Shown here in pieces: positions 1 to 9,695 of a stretch of 32,000 bases of DNA. The position numbers were made by a program, and so were the translations under genes. Location: the NCBI GenBank assembly GCA_043825615.1, contig JBDRRS010000007.1, forward strand, positions 1 to 32,000, read 5' to 3'. Position 1 is the first letter of the stretch, and each line of letters starts with the position of its first letter. This DNA is from a bacterium (GTDB lineage Bacteria; CG03). A model generated the notes under the pieces. It did not search any database and had not been told where the DNA came from. It worked only from the letters and a program-made list of their open reading frames with translations.

Positions 1-3000
1 AAAGTCCCGCTGCTCAAATCAACAACATCAACTGCTGTGCCCTGTAACTTCAGGCCTTCCGAATTGAGATTGAAAAACTTGTAGTTGCTCGCGTTCATTG
101 TTCCTGACGAGGCAAAACCGTAATACCCGCCGCTCGCCGACGACGTGGATATCGTGGGCTCCGCCGGTGTTCCTTCCATAGTAATAGTCCCGCCGACTTC
201 AACATTTAGCCGTGTGCCGACGGTTGAACTGCTGAACTCAATTATCTTTTGAACGCCGGCATCATTTGACGACGAAACCGTCACAAAATAAAACGCATCT
301 CCTATTTGATAATCGCCTGTCTGAACCGTAAACGAAACGCCGCGGTCAGATGATGTATATTCTGAAAGTTCCTGCGCATTACTCGGAGTATCAAGTAACA
401 GCACATTCCCTGTTCCTCTCTTCACTGAAAATATGGACGTAGCGGAAGCGTCAGTGCATTTCACTTCCCAGAATTCTGTCAAAGTTTTTCCGTCACTGGT
501 TTGAGGACTTGAAATTGAACCCGTCCCTTTTAATGTTGAATTCGGCTGTGTCGCTGCTGAAACATAAAGCAGTCCGGCATAATTAAATGTCCCGGTGCTT
601 CCGCTTGGAATGTTGTAGTCGCCCCAAATTTTTGTTGTGCCTGTTGAACCGTCCTGATTATACGAAATAAGGTAAGAACCAGCAGTATCAATACCTGAGG
701 TTTCCACTTTTGTTGGAGAATATAAATTACAATTCTTTAAGATTAGTTTTGAAACAAAACCCGCCTCATAGCCAATATCTCCGCTTGTATTATTTCCCTC
801 TTTTCCTAATTTACAATCTACAACTAAATTGTCAGCAGAATTTCTTGTAAAAATACCATATTGAGAATTTGAGTAACAACTGTTATTAATAAAAATGTTA
901 TTGGAGCCGTTATTAAGTCGAAAGCCCGAAGAATTTGAGTAACACCTATTGTTGGACAATGTATTATTAAAACTATCGAATAGGAAAATACCGTGAAAAG
1001 TATTTAGGTAGCAACTGTTATTACTGATTGTATTACTATCGGAATTGTAATAAACCAAAATACCATATTCAGAATTCGAATAACAACTATTATTGATTAC
1101 AGTACCACTGGAACTACCGTAAAAGTAAATACCCGTTGCGCTGTTTAAATAACAACTATTCCCGTCAACAACATTAGCATTAGAAGTATTGGCGAAGTAA
1201 ATGCCAGAGGTATTTGAGTAGCAACTGTTATTATCGAAGATATTGTTGGAACTATTATCAACTCTAATACCATAGGAAGAATTTGAGTAACAACCGTTAT
1301 TACTAAGAGTATTACTGGAAGTATTAAGCAGGTGAATGCCAAACTGGGAATTTGAGTAACAACTGTTGTTATTCAGCGTGTTGTTAACACCATTGTTAAG
1401 CAAAATACCATCGTAAAAAGAATAACAGCTATTATTAGTTATGGTATTACTGGAGGTGGAATTAAAGAAAATGCCATCATATCCACCATTATAAATGCTG
1501 CAATAGTTTATTTTACCCATTGTTCCTGAACCATCAAAAGTTATTCCGTATTTTCCGGAACTATTCACTCCCAGATAACTTGCTTCTACATATTTCATAT
1601 TAAAGTTTGCCTCTGTCTGGGAGAGATTTCGGATGTATGCTTTATATGTGCTTGTGGCTGAAGTTATAACGCAGTTTCTTAAAAGGTTTACAACCTCCGC
1701 CCCTGCTGAATGATTTACACTCAAAGTGGAATTAAGTGTAATAACGTTTCCGCTGATTAAAGTTATTGTTCTTTCCTCTGTTGTATTACTTAATGAACTT
1801 GCGCCGATTGTTACAACATCTCCTAACTTCCATCCTGTTGAGTCAGTTGTTGTAAGCTGATTCTGTGCTGAATTTGCCTGAACTGATAATGTCGTCCGCC
1901 AGAAATTCATGCTGTTTCCCCGGACGTCAAAGACGCCGCCGTTCTGGACAATAATTCCATATTGACCGGCAGAGGCACATTTAATTTTTAGCGTTGAGAT
2001 GTAACCGGTATTCGGGGGCATTAGGAATTTTCCGCCGGTAACCCCACCCATTATTTTAAGATTGCCTGCTATGGTTAGAGACCTTGTGGAAACAGCCCCG
2101 TCAAACTGCAAAGTCCCGAAATCATAAACGGTAACGCTGGAACATTCTGCGTTAAACATATTGAATGTTACCGTGTGGGAAATCTCAACCACGCTCGCCG
2201 GATTAGGAGGACTCCCTTTATCCCATATCGCTCCGGCGGCCCAGTCCCCGCCCTGAATACTCTTCCAGATTCCTCCCTGCGGGACTTGCGCATGGGCCGT
2301 TGCTCCGTTTGAAAGCTCTGACCAGTTCGGCACTTCGTCGGCGTGCCAGATTTTGAAATAATATGTTGCGCCCGCATTCAATCCCGTCACGGTATATGAA
2401 ACCTGCGTCGTCGGGGAAACTCCGCTTGTGGATTTAATTACCTGGGCGCTCTGATACATCCATACGGGAGTAGAATATGTTGCATACTGTATTCTGAACT
2501 GCGAACCCGCAGGAAGAGGGTCCGTCCATCCATCATCTCCGGGCGCCGACCATGTCAAATCCACTTCCCCCTCACTTAAACCTGTATATGCTGCCAAATC
2601 ACTGACTGCTGCCGGGGGGCCCGGGTCACTGTCACCCGCCAGATAATATCTCATTGTGGCAAAGTCTGTGTCCCCCGTGGTTCCGCTGTTTGACACATAA
2701 CCTGTGACATACACTGCTGATGAAACTCCCACAGCCACACCTTTGACAGAATCATCGTAACTGCTGTCATAAGTAGCTGAAGAAAAAATTGTTGAAAGAT
2801 CGGCACTGTATTTCAGCGTAACATAATCGTTGTAAGAACCGTTCAACTGGTATCCCGCAACAATAACATTATTCTGCCCATCCACTGCAACCGCTCTTGC
2901 GGCGTCATTATTTATCGCGTTCCCATAAGTCGCTGAGGAGAGAACAGACAGAGCATTGTCATATTTTATAGTAAAAATATCTCTGTCGGCTCCGTCCCAT

Positions 3001-6000
3001 ATCCAGCCGGTAACGATAATATCGTCGGTGGAATTTACCGCGACACCCTGCGCCGAATCGTCCATGGAAGAAGGTCCCGCATGGGTTACCGAAGAAATGA
3101 GAGTATCTAAAATTGCGTTGTACTTAACCGTAAAATAATCACTGTCGGCACCGTTGGATGACTCTCCCGTGACAATAACATTACCGTTTGAATCAATAGC
3201 GACGGCATTCGCAACGTCGTCTCCGTTAGCCGCTCCATTCAATGTTTCGGAACCGAGGAAACCCAGCGAAAAATTGTATCTCCTGATAATGTAATCGTTA
3301 TTTGCCCCATTGTTCGTGGCGCCGACAACAACAATCTCGCCATACGGAGATATCGCTATTCCGTAAGCGGCATCTGCATAAGTGCTGTCGTACACCGCCG
3401 AGGAAACAAGCACCAGCGATGAATCAAACTTAATAACCCTGATATCCGTATCAGTAGCATTGCTTTCATATCCCGCAACGAATACTTCCCCCGCGGGAGT
3501 AACAGCCACGGCATAAGCGCGGTCGTGACCATGGGCATCGCCGTCATAAACCGCAGAAGCAATTTTGTTGCCGTTTGAATCATATTTTATTATTACCCAG
3601 TCAAAACCCGAAGCCCCGTTTGAAGATGCGCCTACCATATAAATGTAAGGCCCGCCTCCTGAAATCGTGTCCACTGCCACACCGTAGGCAAAATCAGTGC
3701 TGTTGCCGTCGTAGTCAGCCCCGCCCGCTGACGAGAAATTCCCGGTAAAAGACCCCGGTGCACCGCCGCCATCTTGCGCCCTTGCGCAGTTTATTGAGGC
3801 GAAGCCTGACTGATATACGCTTATGTCCGGCCATGTTCCCAAGTTGCTTGCATCATCATATGCTTTGATTGCAAAATAATAAGTTGTCCCTCCGTTTAAA
3901 CCTGAAACAACCCTTCCCGTCTCTTCCTGACCGAAAGTTCCGGGCGTCCAGCCATCGGCATCCATGTATGTCGAAACTCTTGCGTCGTAAAAATCCCAAC
4001 CGCCGGAGCCAATTACATTTGTAGCGTATTTTACAATATACCCCTGAATGTTTCCGCCGCCTGTCCCATCGTCGCCGGGCGCTGTCCATTTAAGTTTTAC
4101 CGTCCCCCCGGAGTCCCCCGTCAGCGCCGTAAGATTTGAAATCGCCGACGGTGGAGTGGCATCTCCAGTGTAAGTTACCACAACTTTTATGAAATCCGAA
4201 TACAGAACGGAAGGCGGGTCTCCAATCCCAGCGCCCCTCCCCACGGCATACGCATAGAGATAACCGCCGGAAATGTAATTTCCGAAATTTGAAGCGATGG
4301 CGCTGCTTAAAACAACTTCCGCTTCGCCGTCATATCCGTCAAGGAAAATCCAGGCGGATGAATTAAAATCCCAGATACGAATCTGCGTCGATGTGCTGTT
4401 GAACGCGGTATTATATCCATCCCATTCAACATAAATCTGGCTGATACTTGAAGTCGCCTCGCCGATAGTAAATTTACAGTTTAAAAACGACATATTCGTG
4501 CTGTAAATTGCCGAGGAGTGATACACATCGTTCGCCGAATCTATGTTTGTGTAATCCGTTATTTCTATCTGACCCGTCAGAGCCGGACCTGATGTCGGCG
4601 GGTTGGAGGTATCGACTGCATCGTAAGCCCATTTGTCTGTACCTGCGCCGGTGGTAAAAGTGTATGTGCTTGAAGCGGCGACAGCCGCAGGAGTAACATT
4701 CGTTGACACACCCGTCGCGTAATTCGTTGAAGTATCAAAAGAGTATGCCTTGAAATAATATTTTGTGCCGTTACTAAGACTCGTCACCAAAAGAGTTTCC
4801 GCCGCTTTCGCTACATTCTCGCACCAGTCTCCGCCGGGGCCGCTGGCCGCTCCGTCCGTATACGCTGTTCCGTCAGATGGCGCCGTAAAACTGTTGTTCG
4901 TATTTCTGACGATAAGTATTTTATCCAAATCCGCGTCGGCGGGATCAGTCCAGACGAGCGTTGCTTGTGTATCGCCGGGCGTTGCCGTGAAACTTGTCAC
5001 GTCCGCCGGAGGGGTGGTGTCGCCACCAACGCCAATATCATGTTTTGAGAGCCAAATATTATAAGTTGCCTCACCTACAGAACCAGTTACATAGACATTA
5101 CCACTGGTATCTACTGCAACTCCATAACCAGAATCGCTACCATTTCCAGAACCATTTATCGACATACTTGACTGCAGAACTAAATTTGAATTATACTTTG
5201 CAAGCCAGATATCGGAATTCGTGCCATTATCAATATTACCAGTTACATAGACATTCCCACTTTCATCTGTTGTAACTCCTCTACCATAATCCGTACTATT
5301 AGCAGCATTACGACCATCAAATGTTGTGCCTGTTTGATAAATTAAATTCGAGTTATATTTATATACCCAGATGATAGGATTATTTGGCTCACCAAAAACA
5401 CCAGTTACATAAACATCCCCATTATTATCTACTGTAATTCCATAGCCATAATCATTATAAGAACCCTCAATTGTTTTACTGGATTGCAGAATTAGGTTTG
5501 AATTGTATTTTGCAAGCCAGGTATTGAAATCTGATTCATAAACACTACCAGTTACATAGACATTACCATTGGTATCTACTGCGATTCCATTTCCAGAATC
5601 GTTACCATTTCCAGAACCATTTATGGTTGTGCTTGATTGTAAAATCAGTCCTGAATTGTATTTTGCAACCCAGATATTTTTGTTTGCTCCATAATAAACA
5701 GAACCAGTTACATAGACATTACCACTGGTATCTACTGCAACTCCATAGCCACTACTATTAGAACCCCCTACTGTTATGCTTGACTGCAGTATTAGGTTTG
5801 AATTATATTTTGCAACCCAGATATCTGTCTCTACTCCTCCAGAGACATTACCAGTTACATAGACATTACCACTGGTATCTACTGCAACTCCATAACCAAA
5901 GTCATCATTATTTCCATAACCATTAAATGTCGTGCTGGACTGTAGAATCAGGTTTGAATTGTATTTTGCGACCCAGATGTTATTTGTCGCCGATTCATAA

Positions 6001-6179
6001 ACGTGACCAATTATATAAACATTACCACCGTTATCTACTGTAACTCCATAACCACCATCACTGTTATTCCCAGAACCGTTAAATGTTGTGCTTGAATAAT
6101 TGAATATAGCATGTGCACGTGATATAAATATAAAAAGTAGAAAAACCAGGATGGGAAAAACTATCCTTGAGATTGCCAC
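1..6179 (-). CDS. Very large secreted/surface mosaic protein, C-terminus beyond left edge: N-terminal hydrophobic segment, beta-propeller-like 'GYGVAVDTSGNVYVTG' repeats, FN3-like domains, second propeller-like repeat block, G8-like region, parallel beta-helix repeats
   Basis: Reverse-complement reading in one constant frame (codons at 3k..3k+2, checked near 5040, 3783 and 1203): 'VAISRIVFPILVFLLFIFISRAHAIFNYSSTTFNGSGNNSDGGYGVTVDNGGNVYIIGHV...'. It is absent from the ORF track because no stop lies inside the window. Start codon uncertain (GTG at 6179 or upstream TTG). Confidence 0.8.
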   Translation of the reverse strand, partial: MAISRIVFPILVFLLFIFISRAHAIFNYSSTTFNGSGNNSDGGYGVTVDNGGNVYIIGHVYESATNNIWVAKYNSNLILQSSTTFNGYGNNDDFGYGVAVDTSGNVYVTGNVSGGVETDIWVAKYNSNLILQSSITVGGSNSSGYGVAVDTSGNVYVTGSVYYGANKNIWVAKYNSGLILQSSTTINGSGNGNDSGNGIAVDTNGNVYVTGSVYESDFNTWLAKYNSNLILQSSKTIEGSYNDYGYGITVDNNGDVYVTGVFGEPNNPIIWVYKYNSNLIYQTGTTFDGRNAANSTDYGRGVTTDESGNVYVTGNIDNGTNSDIWLAKYNSNLVLQSSMSINGSGNGSDSGYGVAVDTSGNVYVTGSVGEATYNIWLSKHDIGVGGDTTPPADVTSFTATPGDTQATLVWTDPADADLDKILIVRNTNNSFTAPSDGTAYTDGAASGPGGDWCENVAKAAETLLVTSLSNGTKYYFKAYSFDTSTNYATGVSTNVTPAAVAASSTYTFTTGAGTDKWAYDAVDTSNPPTSGPALTGQIEITDYTNIDSANDVYHSSAIYSTNMSFLNCKFTIGEATSSISQIYVEWDGYNTAFNSTSTQIRIWDFNSSAWIFLDGYDGEAEVVLSSAIASNFGNYISGGYLYAYAVGRGAGIGDPPSVLYSDFIKVVVTYTGDATPPSAISNLTALTGDSGGTVKLKWTAPGDDGTGGGNIQGYIVKYATNVIGSGGWDFYDARVSTYMDADGWTPGTFGQEETGRVVSGLNGGTTYYFAIKAYDDASNLGTWPDISVYQSGFASINCARAQDGGGAPGSFTGNFSSAGGADYDGNSTDFAYGVAVDTISGGGPYIYMVGASSNGASGFDWVIIKYDSNGNKIASAVYDGDAHGHDRAYAVAVTPAGEVFVAGYESNATDTDIRVIKFDSSLVLVSSAVYDSTYADAAYGIAISPYGEIVVVGATNNGANNDYIIRRYNFSLGFLGSETLNGAANGDDVANAVAIDSNGNVIVTGESSNGADSDYFTVKYNAILDTLISSVTHAGPSSMDDSAQGVAVNSTDDIIVTGWIWDGADRDIFTIKYDNALSVLSSATYGNAINNDAARAVAVDGQNNVIVAGYQLNGSYNDYVTLKYSADLSTIFSSATYDSSYDDSVKGVAVGVSSAVYVTGYVSNSGTTGDTDFATMRYYLAGDSDPGPPAAVSDLAAYTGLSEGEVDLTWSAPGDDGWTDPLPAGSQFRIQYATYSTPVWMYQSAQVIKSTSGVSPTTQVSYTVTGLNAGATYYFKIWHADEVPNWSELSNGATAHAQVPQGGIWKSIQGGDWAAGAIWDKGSPPNPASVVEISHTVTFNMFNAECSSVTVYDFGTLQFDGAVSTRSLTIAGNLKIMGGVTGGKFLMPPNTGYISTLKIKCASAGQYGIIVQNGGVFDVRGNSMNFWRTTLSVQANSAQNQLTTTDSTGWKLGDVVTIGASSLSNTTEERTITLISGNVITLNSTLSVNHSAGAEVVNLLRNCVITSATSTYKAYIRNLSQTEANFNMKYVEASYLGVNSSGKYGITFDGSGTMGKINYCSIYNGGYDGIFFNSTSSNTITNNSCYSFYDGILLNNGVNNTLNNNSCYSNSQFGIHLLNTSSNTLSNNGCYSNSSYGIRVDNSSNNIFDNNSCYSNTSGIYFANTSNANVVDGNSCYLNSATGIYFYGSSSGTVINNSCYSNSEYGILVYYNSDSNTISNNSCYLNTFHGIFLFDSFNNTLSNNRCYSNSSGFRLNNGSNNIFINNSCYSNSQYGIFTRNSADNLVVDCKLGKEGNNTSGDIGYEAGFVSKLILKNCNLYSPTKVETSGIDTAGSYLISYNQDGSTGTTKIWGDYNIPSGSTGTFNYAGLLYVSAATQPNSTLKGTGSISSPQTSDGKTLTEFWEVKCTDASATSIFSVKRGTGNVLLLDTPSNAQELSEYTSSDRGVSFTVQTGDYQIGDAFYFVTVSSSNDAGVQKIIEFSSSTVGTRLNVEVGGTITMEGTPAEPTISTSSASGGYYGFASSGTMNASNYKFFNLNSEGLKLQGTAVDVVDLSSGT
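800..1520 (-). repeat. Parallel beta-helix (NosD-like) 22-24 aa repeats
   Basis: Repeated 'NTLSNNGCYSNSSYGIRVDNSSNNIFDNNSCYSNTSGIYF' with about 66-72 bp periodicity ('gagtarcaactgttatt'). Confidence 0.8.
2650..3760 (-). repeat. Second block of beta-propeller-like repeats inside the surface protein
   Basis: Repeated motif 'AVAVDSNGNVIVTGESSNGADSDYFTVKYN', 'GVAVNSTDDIIVTGWIWDGADRDIFTIKYD', 'AVAVDGQNNVIVAGYQLNGSYNDYVTLKYS'. Confidence 0.7.
5035..6110 (-). repeat. N-terminal tandem beta-propeller-like (SBBP-type) repeats
   Basis: Near-identical units '..NGSGNGNDSGNGIAVDTNGNVYVTGSVYESDFNTWLAKYNSNLILQSS..'; the DNA is also repetitive ('ccagttacatagacattaccactggtatctactgcaactcc'). Confidence 0.8.
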
Positions 6180-6522
6180 GCCGGCGGCTCGCAATAACAA
6201 AGAAGGGAAAATACAGCTATGCCTATCGGTAATCAGGGTTCTAATCCTTTTTCTTAATTTACCATATCCTGAAACTATTCTTTTAATCATTTAAAACCAA
6301 AATCCCATTTTTTATTTTTCCTCACCATCTGGTAATATTATATACTCAATTACTCCAGTTTGTCCACATGCTTTATGTCACAATGTGACAGAAGATACAA
6401 AATCCTAAAAGATAACTTTCGCATATAATTTTTTATAAATATTCATTCAACCATGTTCTCGCGTCCTTGACCCGAAAAATCAAAAAAGCAGGGCGCCATT
6501 TTCCATTTTCTTCATTTTCCGA

Positions 6523-6738
6523 TTATACTGATACCGGCGCAAGACTAAATACGCGCGCAAACTTCGTTGCTCTCCGGAGGTCGCCTTCTCGTAAAGATTC
6601 TCTCACCTCATCCAACTTTTGGGCATCTTCGAGAGAGAGATACGGCGACCAACCATCTCCCGTGTCAAGAATTTCCACATCAACTTCTGCGGCATACTCA
6701 CCTTCGCGCACCAGTTTAACATGATGTCTCTTTGTCAT
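6523..6738 (-). CDS. Small antitoxin-like protein, partner of the downstream DUF4258 protein
   Basis: 71 aa '[71 protein letters not shown]'; its ATG overlaps the stop of the gene at 6735-7073. Confidence 0.6.
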   Translation of the reverse strand: MTKRHHVKLVREGEYAAEVDVEILDTGDGWSPYLSLEDAQKLDEVRESLREGDLRRATKFARVFSLAPVSV

Positions 6739-7073
6739 ACCCGCCTCCTCGTGAAATTATTCGTCCACATATTCGCATCTGGTCTATATGCTGTTACGAC
6801 TACGGCAGGAGAAGACGCACCTTTAGGAATTCCCCAAACCACATGAATCGGACGTGCATCTCTGTCTTTTTCCAAGACAAGAACACACGGACCCTTATGA
6901 TATTCAGGATAATCTTCTACCACAATCCCATTATTCACACCCGTTATTATATCTTTTACGAAAATACCGTCTTCTGCTATCTCATCGTAGCCATGATCGG
7001 AGACCTTAATCTCACGCCTTGCCACTAACTCTTTGATTCTTGCAAACATTTTCACTTTCACCGGTTTAAACAT
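6735..7073 (-). CDS. DUF4258 domain-containing protein (putative toxin)
   Basis: '[76 protein letters not shown]' is a typical DUF4258 pattern; 4-nt overlap with its partner. Confidence 0.7.
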   Translation of the reverse strand: MFKPVKVKMFARIKELVARREIKVSDHGYDEIAEDGIFVKDIITGVNNGIVVEDYPEYHKGPCVLVLEKDRDARPIHVVWGIPKGASSPAVVVTAYRPDANMWTNNFTRRRV

Positions 7074-7189
7074 ATCTATCGTTTGCCAAAAAGCAAATCC
7101 CGCACTTCCCCTTTTCTCCTTCTTTTCTTTCTACGTCATCCAAAACCGGAACCGTCCCCATTTTTCTACATTCCTCTCGCTGTATATAA

Positions 7190-7279
7190 CTATTTTGTGC
7201 GATACGGATGTTTTTTTATGTAAGAATTAAACCAGATGCCAAAAATTATCATTCCGATCAGCAATATTATAGCCCCCAT
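7190..7279 (-). CDS. Micro-ORF, 29 aa predicted single-TM peptide
   Basis: MGAIILLIGMIIFGIWFNSYIKKHPYRTK; preceded by GGAGG overlapping the end of the upstream micro-ORF. Confidence 0.35.
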   Translation of the reverse strand: MGAIILLIGMIIFGIWFNSYIKKHPYRTK

Positions 7280-7366
7280 CTAATCCTCCTTCTCATACTG
7301 GTAATAGCCTATTAGTGCAAATGTTATAGCCATCACCAAACTCAAAACTCCTATAACTACTGCCAT
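7280..7366 (-). CDS. Micro-ORF, 28 aa predicted single-TM peptide
   Basis: MAVVIGVLSLVMAITFALIGYYQYEKED; its stop directly abuts the next ATG. Confidence 0.35.
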   Translation of the reverse strand: MAVVIGVLSLVMAITFALIGYYQYEKED

Positions 7367-7431
7367 AATTAGGATTTTCTAATCTTGTAACACATCCATA
7401 AAAACCCACACCGAAGCAAATTTTTGATAAG

Positions 7432-7641
7432 TCAAGATAATAATCTTTCAAACCCTGCCTCCTTTACCTCCATTCCCGTTTTCCACGTTCCCCGTTTTGC
7501 CACAAAAAAAATTTCCAATTTCATATCCTTTTCCGACATCACTCTTTCCTTCGCATAGGAGCCGAAAATATATGCCATTACTATTTCAGGTCTCGTCTGA
7601 AAATACTCTTTTAACGGCTTAATCCTATTCTTTACTATCAT
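7432..7641 (-). pseudogene. Truncated/frameshifted MNT-type nucleotidyltransferase fragment
   Basis: 'IVMAYIFGSYAKERVMSEKD' matches the MNT-domain GSYAxGxxxxxSD motif, then the reading diverges into low-quality sequence with no DxD continuation. Confidence 0.5.
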
Positions 7642-7782
7642 GTTATTTCAATATTACTATATACTCTATTTAACTTCTATAATTATATAATGAAAGAAAA
7701 GTTTTGTCAATGTGCTTTTTGTCACAACTTTTAGCGTCGGGAAGCGCAATCTATCAACCGCTTATTTCCCTGAACGGCTAAA

Positions 7783-9693
7783 TCAAAAACTGTAGTACAG
7801 GCGGAAAAGGACGCCGGAAGAATCGTAATCGTCCGAATCGTCCTTCGTTTTGTTCCCTTCAAAAGTGTAGCCGCCCGTCAGAGAAAGATTTTTCTTCACC
7901 TTGTAAGTCACTTCGGCGGAGTAATTCGTCGTGTCCGTTAAAATGTCCTCTGCGGAAAGAGGCGTCGGCAGTTTTTCCCTTGTGGTGAGCGACCCGTATA
8001 TGAAAAAACCTAAGTCGCGGGTTATGCTGATGTTTGAGCCGAGCGAAAAAGACGTTATTTCGTCCTCGGAACAGTCGTTAAGATTTTTTGTATTATTTGC
8101 GGTATATCCGAGGTCAACGGAAACCGCGGCAATTATTTTACCCGAATATGTCACCGAAAACCCGTTCGTATCCAGGTCATTGCCGGTCGCGGTGGATGCA
8201 TAATTCCGGAACTGCGAGCGCGAAAAATTTGCGGCGACCACCTGGTTTTTGAAACAATAATTAATCCCGCAGCTGAGACCCGCTGTTTCGTTGTTCAGCA
8301 CCGTCAAGGAACTTCCCTCAACTTTGTTTATGCTGGATGCCGCGCTGATTCCGGGAAGGCCCGAAGGCGTAAGCTGTATGCCGCCCTGCAAAATTGTCTG
8401 GTCCGTCGTAACCACTTCGGGGTCGTTGTCAAGATTATCTTCGGTCGCCTGGTATCCGCAATTCAATCTCAAAAATGCAACAGGATAATAATTAAGAGAG
8501 GTGTCCATGCCTGCCCTGTCGGGATAAATTCCCGGGCTTGCTAAATTCAGGAAATCGGGTTCTATTCTCTGATATTTGCCGCGCACATCAAAGGTCTTGC
8601 GGTAAACCCGCATTTCAAATCTGTAGGCCGTTCCCGGCGTTGACGCGCTGTTTTCATAAGACAGCGACGACGGGTTATAGAAATTTTCCTGACGGCCGCT
8701 GCGGGCGTACTCCCCCTGCACATTCAGGAAAGAACACGACCACTGGAGTTCGGAACTCATAACGGTGTTATCCACCGCCTGATTGGAAGGGCCGGGATTG
8801 CTGACGGAACTTTCCGAATCATACGTCGTCACGCCGGATACTTTTAGACCGAAGTCGGCGGGCAATTTTACTTTTGCGCTCATGCCTCCCGTATATCTCG
8901 CATACACGCCGTTGGTTGAGGCGTCGCCCTCCGCCGCCTCCTGCGTCCTTATGTAACACCCCGAAAAATCGGTATAATCCGTCCTGTAATTCAGATTCGT
9001 CCCGCGTCCTGTAAGAGAATAAATTGACAAAGGAGAAAAATCGGGCATGACGTCTCCTGCGGACAACTTATACCTGTCTGAAAAAACCGAAAGAAAAAGC
9101 ATATCAAGATCGAAACTGTCGTCTTCCGTTGAGTACGCATTCGAGTTGAAAATCAGAGTTTTCCCGTAAATTCTTCCTAAAAGATTCGTCGCCAGAGACC
9201 CCTGATAACCGCTCCTCTGCGTATTTTTATACGATAAAGAAACATTGCCGTTCAGAAAAACGGGCCGCACCGGTTTTTTCTCCAGCGCCGACGCCTTTAC
9301 ATTAAAATCGTAAAAATCACTCGTCAGGATGTTCTGCCCTTTTTTGTAAAGCATCACGCGATACCGGTACCTCCCCGTATAGGAAGAGGGTATTCCGTAA
9401 GTTACAAGCAGGAGCGTCGAACCGCCGGGCTGCACTTCCCCGCTTATGTTTTCCGGCGGCGTTTTCTGAATGTAATTACCCTCCGAATCAAACAGTTCAA
9501 TGCGGCAGTTTACATCTGCCGGCGGCCATTTTACCGTCTCCATATTCAGAAGAATAACCTGAAAAGTAATGTTTTCGCCCGCTTTGGCGGGGTCGGGAGC
9601 GGCGACGGAGAGCTGTATCTGCGCCGGCGACTGGGCGAAAATAATACGGGCAAGAAAAAAAACGCACAAAAAAATATAAAATCTGTTCTTCAT
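7783..9693 (-). CDS. Outer-membrane beta-barrel protein with N-terminal Ig-like periplasmic region
   Basis: 636 aa with signal peptide 'MKNRFYIFLCVFFLARIIFAQ', alternating amphipathic strands, and a terminal 'LFRLYYSF' (aromatic C-terminus typical of barrels). Confidence 0.7.
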   Translation of the reverse strand: MKNRFYIFLCVFFLARIIFAQSPAQIQLSVAAPDPAKAGENITFQVILLNMETVKWPPADVNCRIELFDSEGNYIQKTPPENISGEVQPGGSTLLLVTYGIPSSYTGRYRYRVMLYKKGQNILTSDFYDFNVKASALEKKPVRPVFLNGNVSLSYKNTQRSGYQGSLATNLLGRIYGKTLIFNSNAYSTEDDSFDLDMLFLSVFSDRYKLSAGDVMPDFSPLSIYSLTGRGTNLNYRTDYTDFSGCYIRTQEAAEGDASTNGVYARYTGGMSAKVKLPADFGLKVSGVTTYDSESSVSNPGPSNQAVDNTVMSSELQWSCSFLNVQGEYARSGRQENFYNPSSLSYENSASTPGTAYRFEMRVYRKTFDVRGKYQRIEPDFLNLASPGIYPDRAGMDTSLNYYPVAFLRLNCGYQATEDNLDNDPEVVTTDQTILQGGIQLTPSGLPGISAASSINKVEGSSLTVLNNETAGLSCGINYCFKNQVVAANFSRSQFRNYASTATGNDLDTNGFSVTYSGKIIAAVSVDLGYTANNTKNLNDCSEDEITSFSLGSNISITRDLGFFIYGSLTTREKLPTPLSAEDILTDTTNYSAEVTYKVKKNLSLTGGYTFEGNKTKDDSDDYDSSGVLFRLYYSF

Positions 9694-9695
9694 CT

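Noticed and set aside
1145-1342. 65-aa ORF and other small track ORFs (2168-2377, 3356-3583, 3856-4089, 4765-5275) as genes
   Set aside because: All lie out of frame or antisense within the continuous surface-protein frame and have repeat-derived composition.
800-6110. CRISPR array or intergenic tandem repeats
   Set aside because: The repeat units are protein-coding with degenerate third positions and no unique spacers.
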